A stretch of 63,738 bases of DNA, filler included, from Chiloscyllium plagiosum (lineage: Eukaryota): assembly GCF_004010195.1 (NCBI RefSeq). It is 4 parts of one record of this genome, joined end to end, with 100 filler letters (N's around TTAATTAATTAA, not from the genome) between each part and the next. Parts side by side here need not be neighbours in the genome. Positions count along the whole stretch, not along the records: positions 1 to 20,188 come from NC_057712.1; 3 more parts are not named here. The stretch is one strand, 5' to 3'. The stretch's first letter is position 1, and each line of letters begins with the position of its first letter. The translations under genes were made by a program, and so were the position numbers. The notes below the pieces were generated by a model. The model did no database searches. It was not told where the DNA came from and was given only the letters and a program-made list of their open reading frames with translations. Of this stretch, positions 1 to 11,516 are shown piece after piece.

Positions 1-220
1 GGATAGCTGGTCGTGTCGTTTCGTGGCTAGTTGATGTTCGTGGATGCGGATTGTTAGCTGTCTTCCTGTTTGTCCTGTATAGTGTTTTGTGCAGTCCTTG
101 CATGGGATTTTGTACACTACATTAGTTTTGCTCATGTTGGGTATCGGGTCCTTCGTTCTGGTGAGTTGTTGTCTGAGGGTGGCTGTTGGTTTGTGTGCTG
201 TTATGAGTCCTAGTGGTCGC
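1..220 (-). mobile_element. Penelope-like element fragment, GIY-YIG endonuclease region (Poseidon-like)
   Basis: Manual minus-strand translation: RPLGLITAHKPTATLRQQLTRTKDPIPNMSKTNVVYKIPCKDCTKHYTGQTGRQLTIRIHEH. This matches the VY-CxxC-YxGQT-R-EH pattern of PLE endonucleases. Confidence 0.85.
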
Positions 221-1411
221 ATGGATGATTTTGGGATAGTTTGGGGGACGAGCTGATAGTTCACAAGTCAGCCCAACATCGAGGGCCGAATGGCCTGTTC
301 TGTGCTGTATTGTTCTATGTTCTATGTCACTCGACCCGAAACGTTAACTCTGATTTCTCTGCCAGGCAGGTGCTGCCTGATCTGCTGAGTTTTTCCAGCA
401 ATTTCTGATGTTGTCACTGGTGTGATGATTCCTTCACTTTCCAGCCTTCTAATTTCTGCTTCTGGTTTTGCCCGGGAGGCAAATGGCGTTGGGCAGACCT
501 TGCAGAACCAGCAAATGTCTTCCTGGTCAACAGTTAAGTTGGCCTTGGCCTCCCTTGACCTTCCTGAAAAACATCTTGGTGTTTCATTCAGATTTCACTC
601 AGGCAGCCATTTTCTAATTGTTGAGCCAATCTCGGTGAATATCTTTCAACCAATTTCGCCCGTCGAGCTGGACCTTTGTCCACAATCAGTGATAACTGCA
701 CCAGCTGCTTCTCATGAGCCTAAGTTGTGCCTTTAGTCTGTAAAGGGGTCCCCTGTATAGACTCTCGGTCTAGCCCAGGTCTTGTGTATATTTAAGTGTT
801 GGGGTCCAGAGTCAATTTTGTTAAAGACTATTTCTGTGTTACTGATCCAGCCGTGCCAGGATCGACCTCCATTAGAACCATTTAACCAGATGGTGATTTT
901 GATTGGTTCTGATCTGGCTGTTGCTACGCAATGCCACTGTTCCAACCAGATGTAGGTGGGTCTTCTGGGGTACTGGCCTATGAATTCTCTTACTCAGTTT
1001 CGGCCAAGTGGGATGCTTTTGTTGTCTCGAGTCCCACGTACCAACAGAAACTAGAATGGTGTTCCGGCCCGGATCCTGAAGAAAGTGTTAACTCTTTGGC
1101 CGAGGAATGGCTTTGTTTTGGGATTTTGCTGTGGGCTGACCGAGGGTATGTCAGGGTATGTCCTGAGTGTGGTGATGCTTTCATTCAGGTGGGGTCACCC
1201 CAAGCTCAGTCAGCCTGGTGAGTGTTTCCACCTCCAACAGAATACCCTGGAACTCAGATGCTCCACTTGCTGCATTTCCCAATGATAAAGCCCGTTGTTG
1301 TAGCTGTTTGAAGTTCAGTTGGACTTCAGTCAGCAGGTGCTTTTGCATCGCTACACCGTTAATGCCACATCCCAAATGCTCTGTCAGAATCTGATTAAGG
1401 GTTTGTTAAAA

Positions 1412-1697
1412 GGGCGTCACGGTGGCTCAGTGGTTAGCACTGCTGCCTTCACAGCACCAGGGACCGGGGTTTGATTCCCACCTCAGATGACTGTCTGCGT
1501 GGGTTTCCTCCGGGTGCTCCCGTTTCCTCCCACAGTCCAAACTTGTGCAGGTCAGGAGAATTGACTGTGCTAAATTGCCCCATAGCATTGGATGCATTAG
1601 TCAGGGGTAGGAGAATGGGTCTGGGAGGGTTGCTCTTCGGACAGTTGGTGTGGACCTGTTGGGCCGAAGGGCCTGTTATAGGGAAGTTATTCTAATC
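1412..1697 (+). mobile_element. HE1-type tRNA-derived V-SINE (partly deleted)
   Basis: A-box-like GGTGGCTCAGTGGTTAGCAC, B-box-like GTTTGATTCC, V-core GCGTGGGTTTCCTCCGGGTGCTCC and CR1-like tail GGGCCGAAGGGCCTG. Confidence 0.85.
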
Positions 1698-1707
1698 TGC
1701 TAGTTAT

Positions 1708-1950
1708 AGACACAGCACAGAAACAGATTGTTCAGTCCAACCATAATCCCAGACTAAACTAGTCCTGCCTGCCTGCTCCAGGCCCATCTCCCCCTAAACC
1801 CTTTCCTATTTATGTACTTATCCAAATGTCGTTTAAACATTGTAACTGGACCCACACCCACCACTTCCTCAGGAACTTCATTCCACACATGAACCACTCT
1901 CTGTGTGAAAGAATTGCCCCTCGTGTCTTTTTAAATGTTTCTCCCCATAA
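1708..1950 (-). mobile_element. CR1 LINE 3' fragment
   Basis: Reverse complement contains the FFTQRVVHVWNEVPEEVV-type C-terminal motif and a CR1 3' UTR. Confidence 0.75.
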
Positions 1951-2003
1951 CCTTGTCAAAAATCCCGTTATGGATTCCTCTGCTTGTCAGATTGCTGAGT
2001 AAA

Positions 2004-2208
2004 GCTTAAAAATGTGTTGCTGGAAAAGCGCAGCAGGTCAGGCAGCATCAAAGGAGCAGGAGAATCAACATTTCAGGCATAAGCCCTTCTTCAGGCTCAT
2101 GCCCGAAACGTCGATTCTCCTGTTCCTTGGATGCTGCCTGACCTGCTGCGCTTTTCCAGCAACACATTTTCAGCTCTGATCTCCAGCATCTGCAGCCCTC
2201 ACTTTCTC
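2004..2208. mobile_element. Fold-back (inverted) Penelope terminal-repeat element with 16-bp TSD
   Basis: Arms at about 2009-2085 and 2095-2170 are reverse complements. CAGATTGCTGAGTAAA flanks it at 1988-2003 and 2209-2224. Confidence 0.85.
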
Positions 2209-2537
2209 CAGATTGCTGAGTAAAACCGATCATGTCTCCGAATTAGCGGAGACTTGGGGTTGTAATATTCCTTAACTAAATCTGCCTACCCTTCAAAGAT
2301 TTTAATATCTGGTGACTCAGGGAAGGTAAGCTCCTAATAACGAAAAAAGCTGCAGGTCCACAGGCTGTCGGGAGCATTGTTCATTGCTTTTCACCTGGCC
2401 CAATGTCATTTGCCTGGAAACAAATACCAGTTTCTTTCCACATCCCAGGCATAGTGCCAGAAATGCTTATCCCGACTTTAAAGAAGGCCTTTGCCAGTGA
2501 ATTTCTTCATGACCATATTTTTTTCTCTTGTTGCCAC

Positions 2538-2650
2538 TGAATGAATTCCACGGTGACCCAATCACCCTGGGTTTACACAGGGACACTCCCTGACACCGCT
2601 CCAGCTCCCAGAGTGAACACAGCCCCTGATACTGACCTTCTTATTCTCCC
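2538..2650 (-). mobile_element. Probable 3' part of the Gypsy 5' LTR; the remainder may be at about 7566-7668
   Basis: Ends in ...TTCA on the minus strand just before the PBS-like motif. The CR1 element starts immediately beyond it. Confidence 0.5.
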
Positions 2651-3879
2651 GTTTAATTGCAGTGAGGACGGAGAGAACAAGGACCGGAAGGGGGGGTGGG
2701 GGGCTGCTGAGAAGGTAATCAACCCGTTTAAAAAGCTGATATATTCAGGCAGCATCTGAATTGGAGGATATGGTAAGGATTTTGGGAAGTGAGGTAAGTC
2801 GGTCAAAAACTTTTCTTTCCTTTTTCATAACTTTAGTCTCAACTTAGGATAAGCTTAAGATTAAAAGTGTCAGGAGATCTCAGTCCTGTGTTGTGCTTCT
2901 GTTGCTCAATGTGGGAGCTTAGGGTCGGGGCTGACGTTCCTGACTCTTAAATGAGCAGGAAGCGTGTCCAGCTGCAGCTCCTGTCTGACCACATGACGGC
3001 TCTGAGCTGTGGATGGACTCACCGTGGAGCATCCGCCATGCTGAGGAGGTCAGGGATGGCACGGTTAGTGAACTGGTCACACCGCAGGTTAGAGTCGCTG
3101 AGGGAGACAGTGAATGGGTGACCAAAAGGCAGAGAAAGAGTAGGAAGGCAGTGCAGGTGTCCCCTGTGGTCATCTCCCTCCACAAACAGGGGTACCATTC
3201 TGGCTACTGTTGGGGGAGATGGCTCACCAGGGGAGGGCAGCAGTTGCCAGGATCATGGCACCGTGGTGGGCACTGCTGTTCAGGAGGACGGGATAAAGAC
3301 CCGTAGGGCCATAGTCACAGGGGATTCTATTGTGGGGGGAGTAGATAGGCGGGTCTGTGACCAAAAACGGGACTCCCAGATGGTATGTTGCCTCCCAGGT
3401 GCTCGGGTCAGGGATGTCACCGATCGGGTACAGAGCATTCTGAAAGGGGAGGGTGAACAGCCAGTTGTCTTGGTGCATACAGGCACCAACGATTTAGGTA
3501 AAAAAAAGGGATGCCATCTTACAAGCAGAATTTAGGGAGTTAGGAGCCAAGACCTCAAAGGTAGTGATCTCGGGATTCCTACCAGTGCCACGTGCTAGTC
3601 AGCGTAGAAATGAAAGAATAGGCAGGATGGAACACGTGGCTTGAGGGATGGTGTAGGAGGGAGGGGGGTCAGAGTTTTGGGACATTGGGACCGGTTCTGG
3701 GGAAGGTGGGACGATTACAAATTGGACGGTCTCCATCTGGGTCTATACCTACACCCACAGACTGGGATCAATGTCCCAAAACTCTGAACTTTTGCTAATG
3801 CTGTTGGGGAGGGTTCAGACTAATGTGGTGGGGGTTGGGAACCAAATCATGAGGTTAGTAGACAGGAAGGAGGTAGGTA

Positions 3880-4049
3880 AAAACAATGACTGCAGATGCT
3901 GGAAACCAGATTCTGGATCAGTGGTGCTGGAAAAGCACAGCAATTCAGGCAGCATCCGAGGAGCTTCGAAATCGACGTTTCGGGCAAAAGTCCTTCATCA
4001 GGAATAAAGGCAGAGAGCCTGAAGCGTGGAGAGATAAGCGAGAGGAGGG
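3880..4049 (-). mobile_element. Penelope terminal repeat with hammerhead core at 3974-4001
   Basis: Minus strand reads CTGATGA-A-GGAC-TTTT-GCCC-GAAAC-GTC, followed by the recurrent GATGCTGCCTGA...CTTTTCCAGCA block. Confidence 0.75.
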
Positions 4050-4150
4050 NNNNNNNNNNNNNNNNNNNNNNNNNNNNNNNNNNNNNNNNNNNNNNNNNNN
4101 NNNNNNNNNNNNNNNNNNNNNNNNNNNNNNNNNNNNNNNNNNNNNNNNNN

Positions 4151-4560
4151 CTTATGAAGAAAGGTTGACTAAGCTCAGACTTTTCTCTCTGGAGAGAAGG
4201 AGGAAGAGAGGAGACCTGATCAAGGTATACAAGGTAATGAGAGGGATGGATAGAGTCAATAGCCAGAGACTTTTCCCCAGGGCAGGATTGACTGGTACGA
4301 GGGGTCATAGTTTGAAGATATTAGGAGGAAGGTTCTTTACGCAGAGAGTTGTGAATACATGGAATGCGGTGCCAGCGGTGGTGGTGGACGCAGAGTCATT
4401 GGGGACATTTAAGTGACTGTTGGATATGCACATGGATAGCAGTGAGTTGAGGGGTGTGTAGGTTAAGTTACTATATTTTACATGAGGATTAAATCTCGGC
4501 ACAACATCGTGGGCCGAAGGGCCTGTTCTGTGCTGTACCTTTCTATGTTCTATGTTCTAT
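4151..4560 (+). mobile_element. CR1 LINE 3' end
   Basis: [27 protein letters not shown]...FFTQRVVNTWN, ending in a (TTCTATG)n tail. Confidence 0.9.
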
Positions 4561-4562
4561 TC

Positions 4563-4590
4563 CTGAAGAAGGGCTTATGCCCGAAACGTC
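4563..4590 (+). ncRNA. Minimal hammerhead ribozyme-like motif within a Penelope terminal repeat (4560-4688)
   Basis: CUGAAGA-A-GGGC-UUAU-GCCC-GAAAC-GUC: conserved core boxes, a perfect 4-bp helix II and palindromic ACGU in place of helix III. Helix I is short and imperfect. Confidence 0.7.
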
Positions 4591-7500
4591 GATTCTCCTG
4601 CTCCCCGGATGCTGCCTGACCTGCTGCGCTTTTCCAGCATCACACTCTCGACTCTGATCTCCAGCACCTGCCGTCCTCACTGTCTCCTAGCAACTAAATC
4701 CTGTCGGGAACTGGATAATGGAGTCAGCGTCACGGAGGGGAAGGGGAGGCAGGGAGCGGTGGATGAACACAGAGGGACAGGTGGTCTGAGGTGCAAGACG
4801 TGTAGTCGGTAAGGTGGATAAACTTAGGGCTTGGATTAGTACCTGGGAGGATGATGTGACTGCTCCTACTGAGACTGGGCTGGGGGAAGGGCACGATTGA
4901 TCACTGAGTATCCCAGGATATAGATATCCCAGGATATCCCAGGATCTCACAGCTGTGCTGAAGGAGGGCACTAGGCAGGGCTCAAGCAGTGAGACAATAT
5001 GGGCAGCCCTCAGAAATAGGAAGGGTGTGGTAACAATGTGGGGGCTATACTACAGGCCGCCCAACAGCGAGGGTGAGGTAGAGGTACAAATATGGAAAGG
5101 TATAGGAACAACAGGGTGGGGGGATCAGAGATTTTAATTTCCCCAACACTGACTGGGATTCCCTTAGTGTTGGAGGTCTGGGTGGAGCAGAACTTGTAAG
5201 GAGCATCCAGGAGGGTTTTCGAGAGCAGGATGTAAATAGTCCCACTCAGGAAGGGGCCATAGTGGGCCTGGTGTTGGGGAATGAGCCCAGCCAGGTGGGT
5301 GAAGTCTCAGTGGGGGATTACTTTGGGAATAATTATCACAATTCCGTCTGTTTTAGAATACTCATGGACAAAGACGAGAGTGGTCCTAAAGGAAGAGCTA
5401 AATTGGGGGAAGGCCAGCTGTAGCAAGACCCAGCAGGAGCTGGGGAATGGAGATTGGGAGCAGCTGTTGGAGGGTAAATCCACATTTGATATGTGGGAGG
5501 CTTTTAAAGAGAGGTTGATTAGAGTTCAGGAATGACATCTCCCTGTGAAAATGAGGGATAGAAATGGCAAGATCAGGGAACCATGGATGACAGGTGAAAT
5601 TGTGAGACTAGCTAAGAGGAAAACGAAAGCGTACATAAGGTCTAGGCGGCTGAAAACAGACGAAGTTTGGAAGAATATTGGGAATGTAGGACCAATCTGA
5701 AACGAGGAATGAAGAGGCTAAAGGGGACATGAGATATCCTTAGTGAGCAGGGTTAAGGAAAACCCCAAAGCCTTTTATTCACATAGAAGGAGCAAGAGGG
5801 TAACTAGAGAAAGGGTTGGCCCACTCAAGGATAAAGGAGGAAAGAAATGCGTGGAGTGGAGAAAATGGGTGGGATTCTTAATGAGTACTCTGCATCGGTA
5901 TTCACCAAGGAGAGGGACATGACGGATGCTGAGGTTAGGGATAGATGTTTGATTACTCCAGGGCAAGTCGGCATAAGGAGGGAGGAAGTGTTGGGTATTC
6001 TAAAAGGCGTTAAGGTGGACAAGTCCCCAGGTCTGGAAGTGGTCTATCCCATGTTACTGAGGGAAGTGAGAGAGGAAATAGCTGGGGCTTTAACAGATAT
6101 CTTTGCAACATCCTTGAACATGGGAAAGGTCCCGGAGGACTGGAGAATTGCTAATGTTGCCCCCTTGTTTGAGAAGGGTAGCAGGGATACTCCAGGAAAT
6201 TACAGACCAGTGAGCCTGACGTCAGTGGGAGGGAAGCTGCTGGAGAAGTTACTGAGGGATAGGATCTATTCCCATTTGGAAGAAAATGGGCTGATCAGTG
6301 ATAGGCAGCATGGTTTTGTGCAGGGAAGGTCATGTCTTACAAACCTAATAGAATTCCATGAGGAAGTGACAAAGTTGGTTGATGAGGGAAGGGCTGTGGG
6401 TGTCATCCACATGGACTTCAGTAAGACATTTGATAAGGTTCCCCAAGGTAGGCTTGTGGAGAAAGTGAAGTCGCATGGGGTCCAGATGGATAGAAAACTG
6501 GCCGGGCAACAGGAGACAGAGAGTAGTAATGGAAGGGAGTTTATGATAATGGAGACCTGTGAGCAGTGGTGTTTCACAGGGATCCGTGCTGGGACCGCTG
6601 CTGTCTGTGATATATGTATAAGTGATTTGGAGGAAGGTAAAGGTGGTCTGATTAGCAAGTTTGCAGATGACACTAAGATTGGTGGAGTAGCAGATAGTGA
6701 AGGAGACTGTCAAAGAATACAGCAAAATATAGATAGATTGGAGGGTTGGGCCGAGAAATGGCTGATGGAGTTCAATCGGGGCAAATGCGAAGTGATGCAT
6801 TTTGGAAGATCCACTTCAAGAGCGAACTATACAGTAAATGGAAAAGTCCTGGGGAATATTGATGTACAGAGAGAGCTGGGGTTCAGGTCCATTGTTCCCT
6901 GAAGGTGGCAACGCAGGTCAATAGAGTAGCCAAGAAGGCATATGACATGCTTTCCTTCATAGGACGGGGTATTGAGTACAAGAGTTGGCAGGTCATCTTA
7001 CAGTTACATAGGACTTTGGTTCGGCCACATTTGGAATACTGCGTACAGTTCTGGTCACCACATTACCAAAAGGATGTGGATGCTTTGGAGAGGGTGCAGA
7101 GGAGGTTCACCAGGATGTTGCCTGGTATGGAGAGTGCTCGCTATGAAGAGAGGTTGAGTAGATTAGGATTATTTTCATTGGAAAGACGGAGATTGAGGGG
7201 GGATCTGAATGAGGCCTACAAAATCATGAGAGTTACAGACAGGGTGGATAGCAAGAAGATTATTCCCAGTTTGGGAGACTCAGTTACTAAGGGTCATGTG
7301 TTCAAAGTGAGAGGGGAAAGGCTTAAGGGAGATATGCGTGGCAAGTTTATGCAGAGGGTGGTGAGTGCCTAGAATACATTACCAGTGGAGGTGGTGGAGT
7401 TGGGCACGATAGCGTCATTTAAGACTTATCAAGACAGGCTCATGAATGGGCAGGGAGCTGAGGGATACAGACCCTTAGAAAATAGGTGACAGGTTTAGAT

Positions 7501-8360
7501 AGAGGAGCTGGATTTGCGCAGGATTGGAGGGCTGAAGGGCCTGTTCCTGTGCTGTAATATTCTTTGTTCCGTCAGCCAGGGCTCCCTGATTGTATCCGAT
7601 TAATAGCCCCAATCAGGGAACTCATATTATATGAGCTCCACCTGGCTGACCTTATCACAGTCACTAACCTGATCCCCGTATCCCCCACTCACTGGCTCCT
7701 GCCCATCAGCCAGTTCTCTATGCACACCTACACCATGACCTCCAACCCCACAGGCTCTAACAACAGTGACTTCTGGAATTCCAAATACAGGACATCTNNN
7801 NNNNNNNNNNNNNNNNNNNNNNNNNNNNNNNNNNNNNNNNNNNNNNNNNNNNNNNNNNNNNNNNNNNNNNNNNNNNNNNNNNNNNNNNNNNNNNNNNNNN
7901 NNNNNNNNNNNNNNNNNNNNNNNNNNNNNNNNNNNNNNNNNNNNNNNNNNNNNNNNNNNNNNNNNNNNNNNNNNNNNNNNNNNNNNNNNNNNNNNNNNNN
8001 NNNNNNNNNNNNNNNNNNNNNNNNNNNNNNNNNNNNNNNNNNNNNNNNNNNNNNNNNNNNNNNNNNNNNNNNNNNNNNNNNNNNNNNNNNNNNNNNNNNN
8101 NNNNNNNNNNNNNNNNNNNNNNNNNNNNNNNNNNNNNNNNNNNNNNNNNNNNNNNNNNNNNNNNNNNNNNNNNNNNNNNNNNNNNNNNNNNNNNNNNNNN
8201 NNNNNNNNNNNNNNNNNNNNNNNNNNNNNNNNNNNNNNNNNNNNNNNNNNNNNNNNNNNNNNNNNNNNNNNNNNNNNNNNNNNNNNNNNNNNNNNNNTTG
8301 GGGATGGGGATTTGCTGGATTGGGTATGTGAGTTGGTTAGACTGATACCTTGGGGACCAT

Positions 8361-8566
8361 GAGGACTGCAGATGCTGGAGAGTCCGACTGGATAAAGTCT
8401 GGAGCTGGCAAAAACACAGTGGCTCCAGCCACATCAGAGGAGATGAGGGGTCAACGTTTCAGGGCAGAACCTTTCGTAGGACTGGTTCCACCTGGAAACA
8501 TTGACTCCCCCTCCCCTCTGATGCGGCTGGAGCCACTGTGTTTTTGCCAGCTCCAGACTTTATCCA
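8361..8566. mobile_element. Second fold-back element, related to Penelope terminal repeats (different subfamily)
   Basis: Arms 8389-8463 and 8491-8566 are near-perfect reverse complements. It begins GAGGACTGCAGATGCTGGAG like the PLE end at 57341, and has a decayed GAAACGTT core. Confidence 0.7.
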
Positions 8567-8915
8567 CTAAAACATTGGGGAACCAACCACAGAACAGGCT
8601 ACTCCAGCCTTCGGGGGGGGGGGGAATAGTGCAATGAGAAGGGATAACTGAGCAGCCAGACTGTCAAAGGCCTGAGGAGGATGAGTGACCATTATACAAT
8701 AGGATTCTTCAGGAAAATGAAGGGTGAGCTTTGTTGAACCTGATACTCGGGTCCGGAATCGAACTAAAGGGAATGAGGAGGAACTGGGGAACCTTACTAT
8801 CGGGGTTGATGGTGGGTCATCAATGACAACAATTCTTCATTTTTATCGGTATCAAAAACAAAAAGAAGGAAGGTGGTTCAACCTTTGTTTATGAAAGAAA
8901 TGAGGGATAGCATTA

Positions 8916-9232
8916 GGCAGCACAGTGGTTAGCACTGCTGCCTCACAGCACCAGGGACCCCGGTTCAATCCCACCCTCAGGAGACTGTCTGTGTGGAGTT
9001 TGCACATTCTCCCAGTGTCCGCGTGGGTTTCCTCCGGGTGCTCCGGTTTCCTCCCACAGTCAGTCCAAAGATGTGCTGGTTAGGGTGGATTGGCCATGCT
9101 AAATTACCCATAGTGCCCAAGGACATAGGGTAGGGGTATGGGTCTGGGTGGGATGCTCTTTTGAGGGTCAGTGTGGACTTGATGGGTTGAATGGCCTGCT
9201 TCCACGTTAGGGATTCTGTGTACTGTATTCTA
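8916..9232 (+). mobile_element. HE1-type V-SINE
   Basis: tRNA-like head, GTGTGGAGTTTGCACATTCTCCC V-core and CR1-like tail. Confidence 0.88.
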
Positions 9233-9419
9233 TGATTGGATCCAAAGAGATGTATAAAATTGCCAGAAAGAGCAGCAAGCCTGAGGATTGGGAACATTTT
9301 AGAATTCAGCAAGAGAGGCCCGATTTTGTTGTTGTTCCTTCCTCATGCTCGGGTCATTTTCTCACTGCTCACTGCTTGAGCCCTTCCTCGTGCCCTCCTT
9401 CAGCACTGACCAGTAATGT

Positions 9420-9990
9420 ACCTCCTCCACCCCCTTTTCCCTCCCTCTCTGTCCTGCCTGAAACATCTATATCCTGGGATACTCAGTGATCAATCGTGCC
9501 CTTCCCCCAGCCCAGTCTCAGTAGGAGCATTCACATCATACTCCCAGGTACTAATCCAAGCCCTAAGTTTATCCACCTTACCGACTACACGTCTTGCACC
9601 TCAGACCACCTGTCCCTCTGCGTTCATCCACCGCTCCCTGCCTCCCCTTCCCCTCCGTGACGCTGACTCCATTATCCAGTTCCCTACAGGATTTAGTTAC
9701 TGCCTCCTTACTGTCCACTAACCTCCTCAATTGGTTCCCACCCCCCTGTCACATTAGTGTAAACCCTCCCCAACAGCGTTAGCAAAGGCACCCCCCCGAG
9801 GACATTGGTTCCAGTCTGGCCCAGGTGTAGACCATCCAATTTAAAATAGTCCCACCTCCCCAGGAACCGGGCCTAATGTCCCAAACATCTGGACCCCTCC
9901 CCCCTGCAGCATCTCTGAAGCTCCCCGTTCATCCAGAACATTCTGTCATTCTGACTCTGACTCGCACGTGCCAGCGGGAGTAATCCTGAG
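9420..9990 (-). mobile_element. CR1 fragment spanning the ORF1 end and endonuclease start
   Basis: Reverse complement is near-identical to 4689-4925 and resembles 3560-3870. Confidence 0.8.
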
Positions 9991-11432
9991 ATTACCACCT
10001 CTGTTATTTCCATTCAGAACCAGCCATTATTGCTGCCTATGTTTCCATGAGATATATGAGTGAAAGGGAGGCCATTCGGCCCATCCAGTCCCCTCTGCCA
10101 TTTGATGGGTGTTTCAATGCCACTTACCCGCACTTTCCCAGTAGCCCTTAATTCCTTGCGAGATGAAGAGTTTATCAATCTCTGCCTTGGAGACACTCAA
10201 CATCCCGGCCTCCACTGTGCTCCGTGGCAATGAATTCCACCAATGAATTTCAAGTCACTTTGGAGTGAGACCCCCCCACCCCATTTTATCACCGCCACAC
10301 TGGGCCAGTGCTGGGAGTCATGCCCCAGTATACCCAGAGGCATCACACAAGGCCATGGCTTTTGTAAAATACACAGAACTCCCCAATTTCTTGGCTTTGC
10401 AGATCCAGGTTTCTGTACTGTTCCAGAATGTTCGGCACAACATCGTGGGCCGAAGGGCCTGTTCTGTGCTGTATTGTTCTATGTTCTAATGTCTGTTTGT
10501 GACAATTAAATAAACTGTTTCTATTTGGAAGCAGTTACGAGTTATCAGCACGTAACGGCCCGAGTTAAAAGGCAGACACTGGTAATGCAGGCCAGTGGGC
10601 CCTGCTCAGACCCTGCTTCCTGACTGGCCTTCGCTGAATGCTGTTACTGGGAGGGACGGGGTGTCTGGTTCCCACTGAGAAAAAACATTTCTGCTTTATT
10701 AACAAAAACTCACTGCTCACAACAACAACTGCTGAAGGAAAACTAAACTCAATTTCTTCAGGCTTCCTAGTGAGAACAGGAATAAGGCCTAAAGTTGCAG
10801 CAAACCTGTCACTTCTCAGTACCCTGTTGACAGGGCCAGACTGTTCAGCAACCTGAGAACTAAATACCTGCCCGCTGGCACACAGATCAGAGAACACTGG
10901 GTCCCAGAGCAACCAGCAAGGTGCTGCTGACTGAATCTCTGTTTGTACAGCCCTTTAGCTCCAGCTCCTCGGCCCCTTCTCCTACTTGAACCAGCAGCTG
11001 TGGTGTTAACTGTGCTCACAGTGAGGGGCAGGTTACTCAGTTTGAAAACTGGAATAACACTTCAGCTATTCCTCATTGCAGACCACAGTAAGAAATACAA
11101 AAAAACATTTTAAATAGTCTTTACAGTGTCTGTCTCTGTCTAGTGGGTGTCTCTCGATATCTATCTGCTGTGTCACTCCCTCTTCTGACTTATGTGTGTT
11201 ATATGATCATATCCATCTATATCTCTCTTTGTCTGGTGGATGTATGTTCCTGTCTGTGTTTTGGTGTGCCTTGTATGGGTATATTTCTCTCTATCTGCCT
11301 GTCTGATATATCCATCTGTCTAGTTGTCCCTGTCCCTCTCTGTGTATGTCTTGCTGTCTCTCTGTTTGTGGCCGTCTCTCTCTCTCTCTCTCTGCTCGTC
11401 TCTCATTCAGAGATATGTTTGTGTGTGACCAG

Positions 11433-11516
11433 GAGCTGAAGGCAGCCCTAAGCCGACAGAGGAAGGAGTTGGAGGACATAATTCGAGCCAAAGACAGAGA
11501 ACTGCAGGAGAGGAAG
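11433..11516 (+). CDS. RNF8: RNF8 E3 ubiquitin ligase, coiled-coil exon
   Basis: An 84-nt exon bounded by AG and GT, encoding ELKAALSRQRKELEDIIRAKDRELQERK. It resembles human RNF8 ELNRSKKDFEAIIQAKNKELEQTK (recalled). Confidence 0.85.

Larger units (their letters stand above)
413..2536 (-). mobile_element. Decayed Gypsy/Ty3 LTR retrotransposon internal region (gag, protease, start of RT), interrupted by younger insertions
   Basis: Minus-strand remnants: gag (TACGPAAFFVIRSL; LVKEYYNPKSPLI; FYSAI; CGINGVAMQKHLLTE), protease region (PIKITIWLNG; VYTGDP; GRNWLKDI) and VFQEG...PFASRAKPEAEIRRLESEGIITPV. A PBS-like TGGCAACAAG lies at 2527-2536 (-). Confidence 0.75.
2660..7565 (+). mobile_element. Near full-length decayed CR1 LINE (esterase ORF1; ORF2 endonuclease and RT), interrupted at about 3880-4688
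   Basis: ORF1 has AIVTGDSIV and MVCCLPGARVRDV (SGNH esterase). The endonuclease has GLYYRPPNS. ORFs 5847-6902 and 6905-7372 contain [31 protein letters not shown] and LVRPHLEYCVQFWSP. The CR1 3' tail ends at about 7565. Multiple frameshifts. Confidence 0.92.

Noticed and set aside
5847..6902. 351-aa reverse transcriptase ORF as a retron or domesticated gene
   Set aside because: Ordinary CR1 ORF2 with internal frameshifted stretches, one of many decayed copies.
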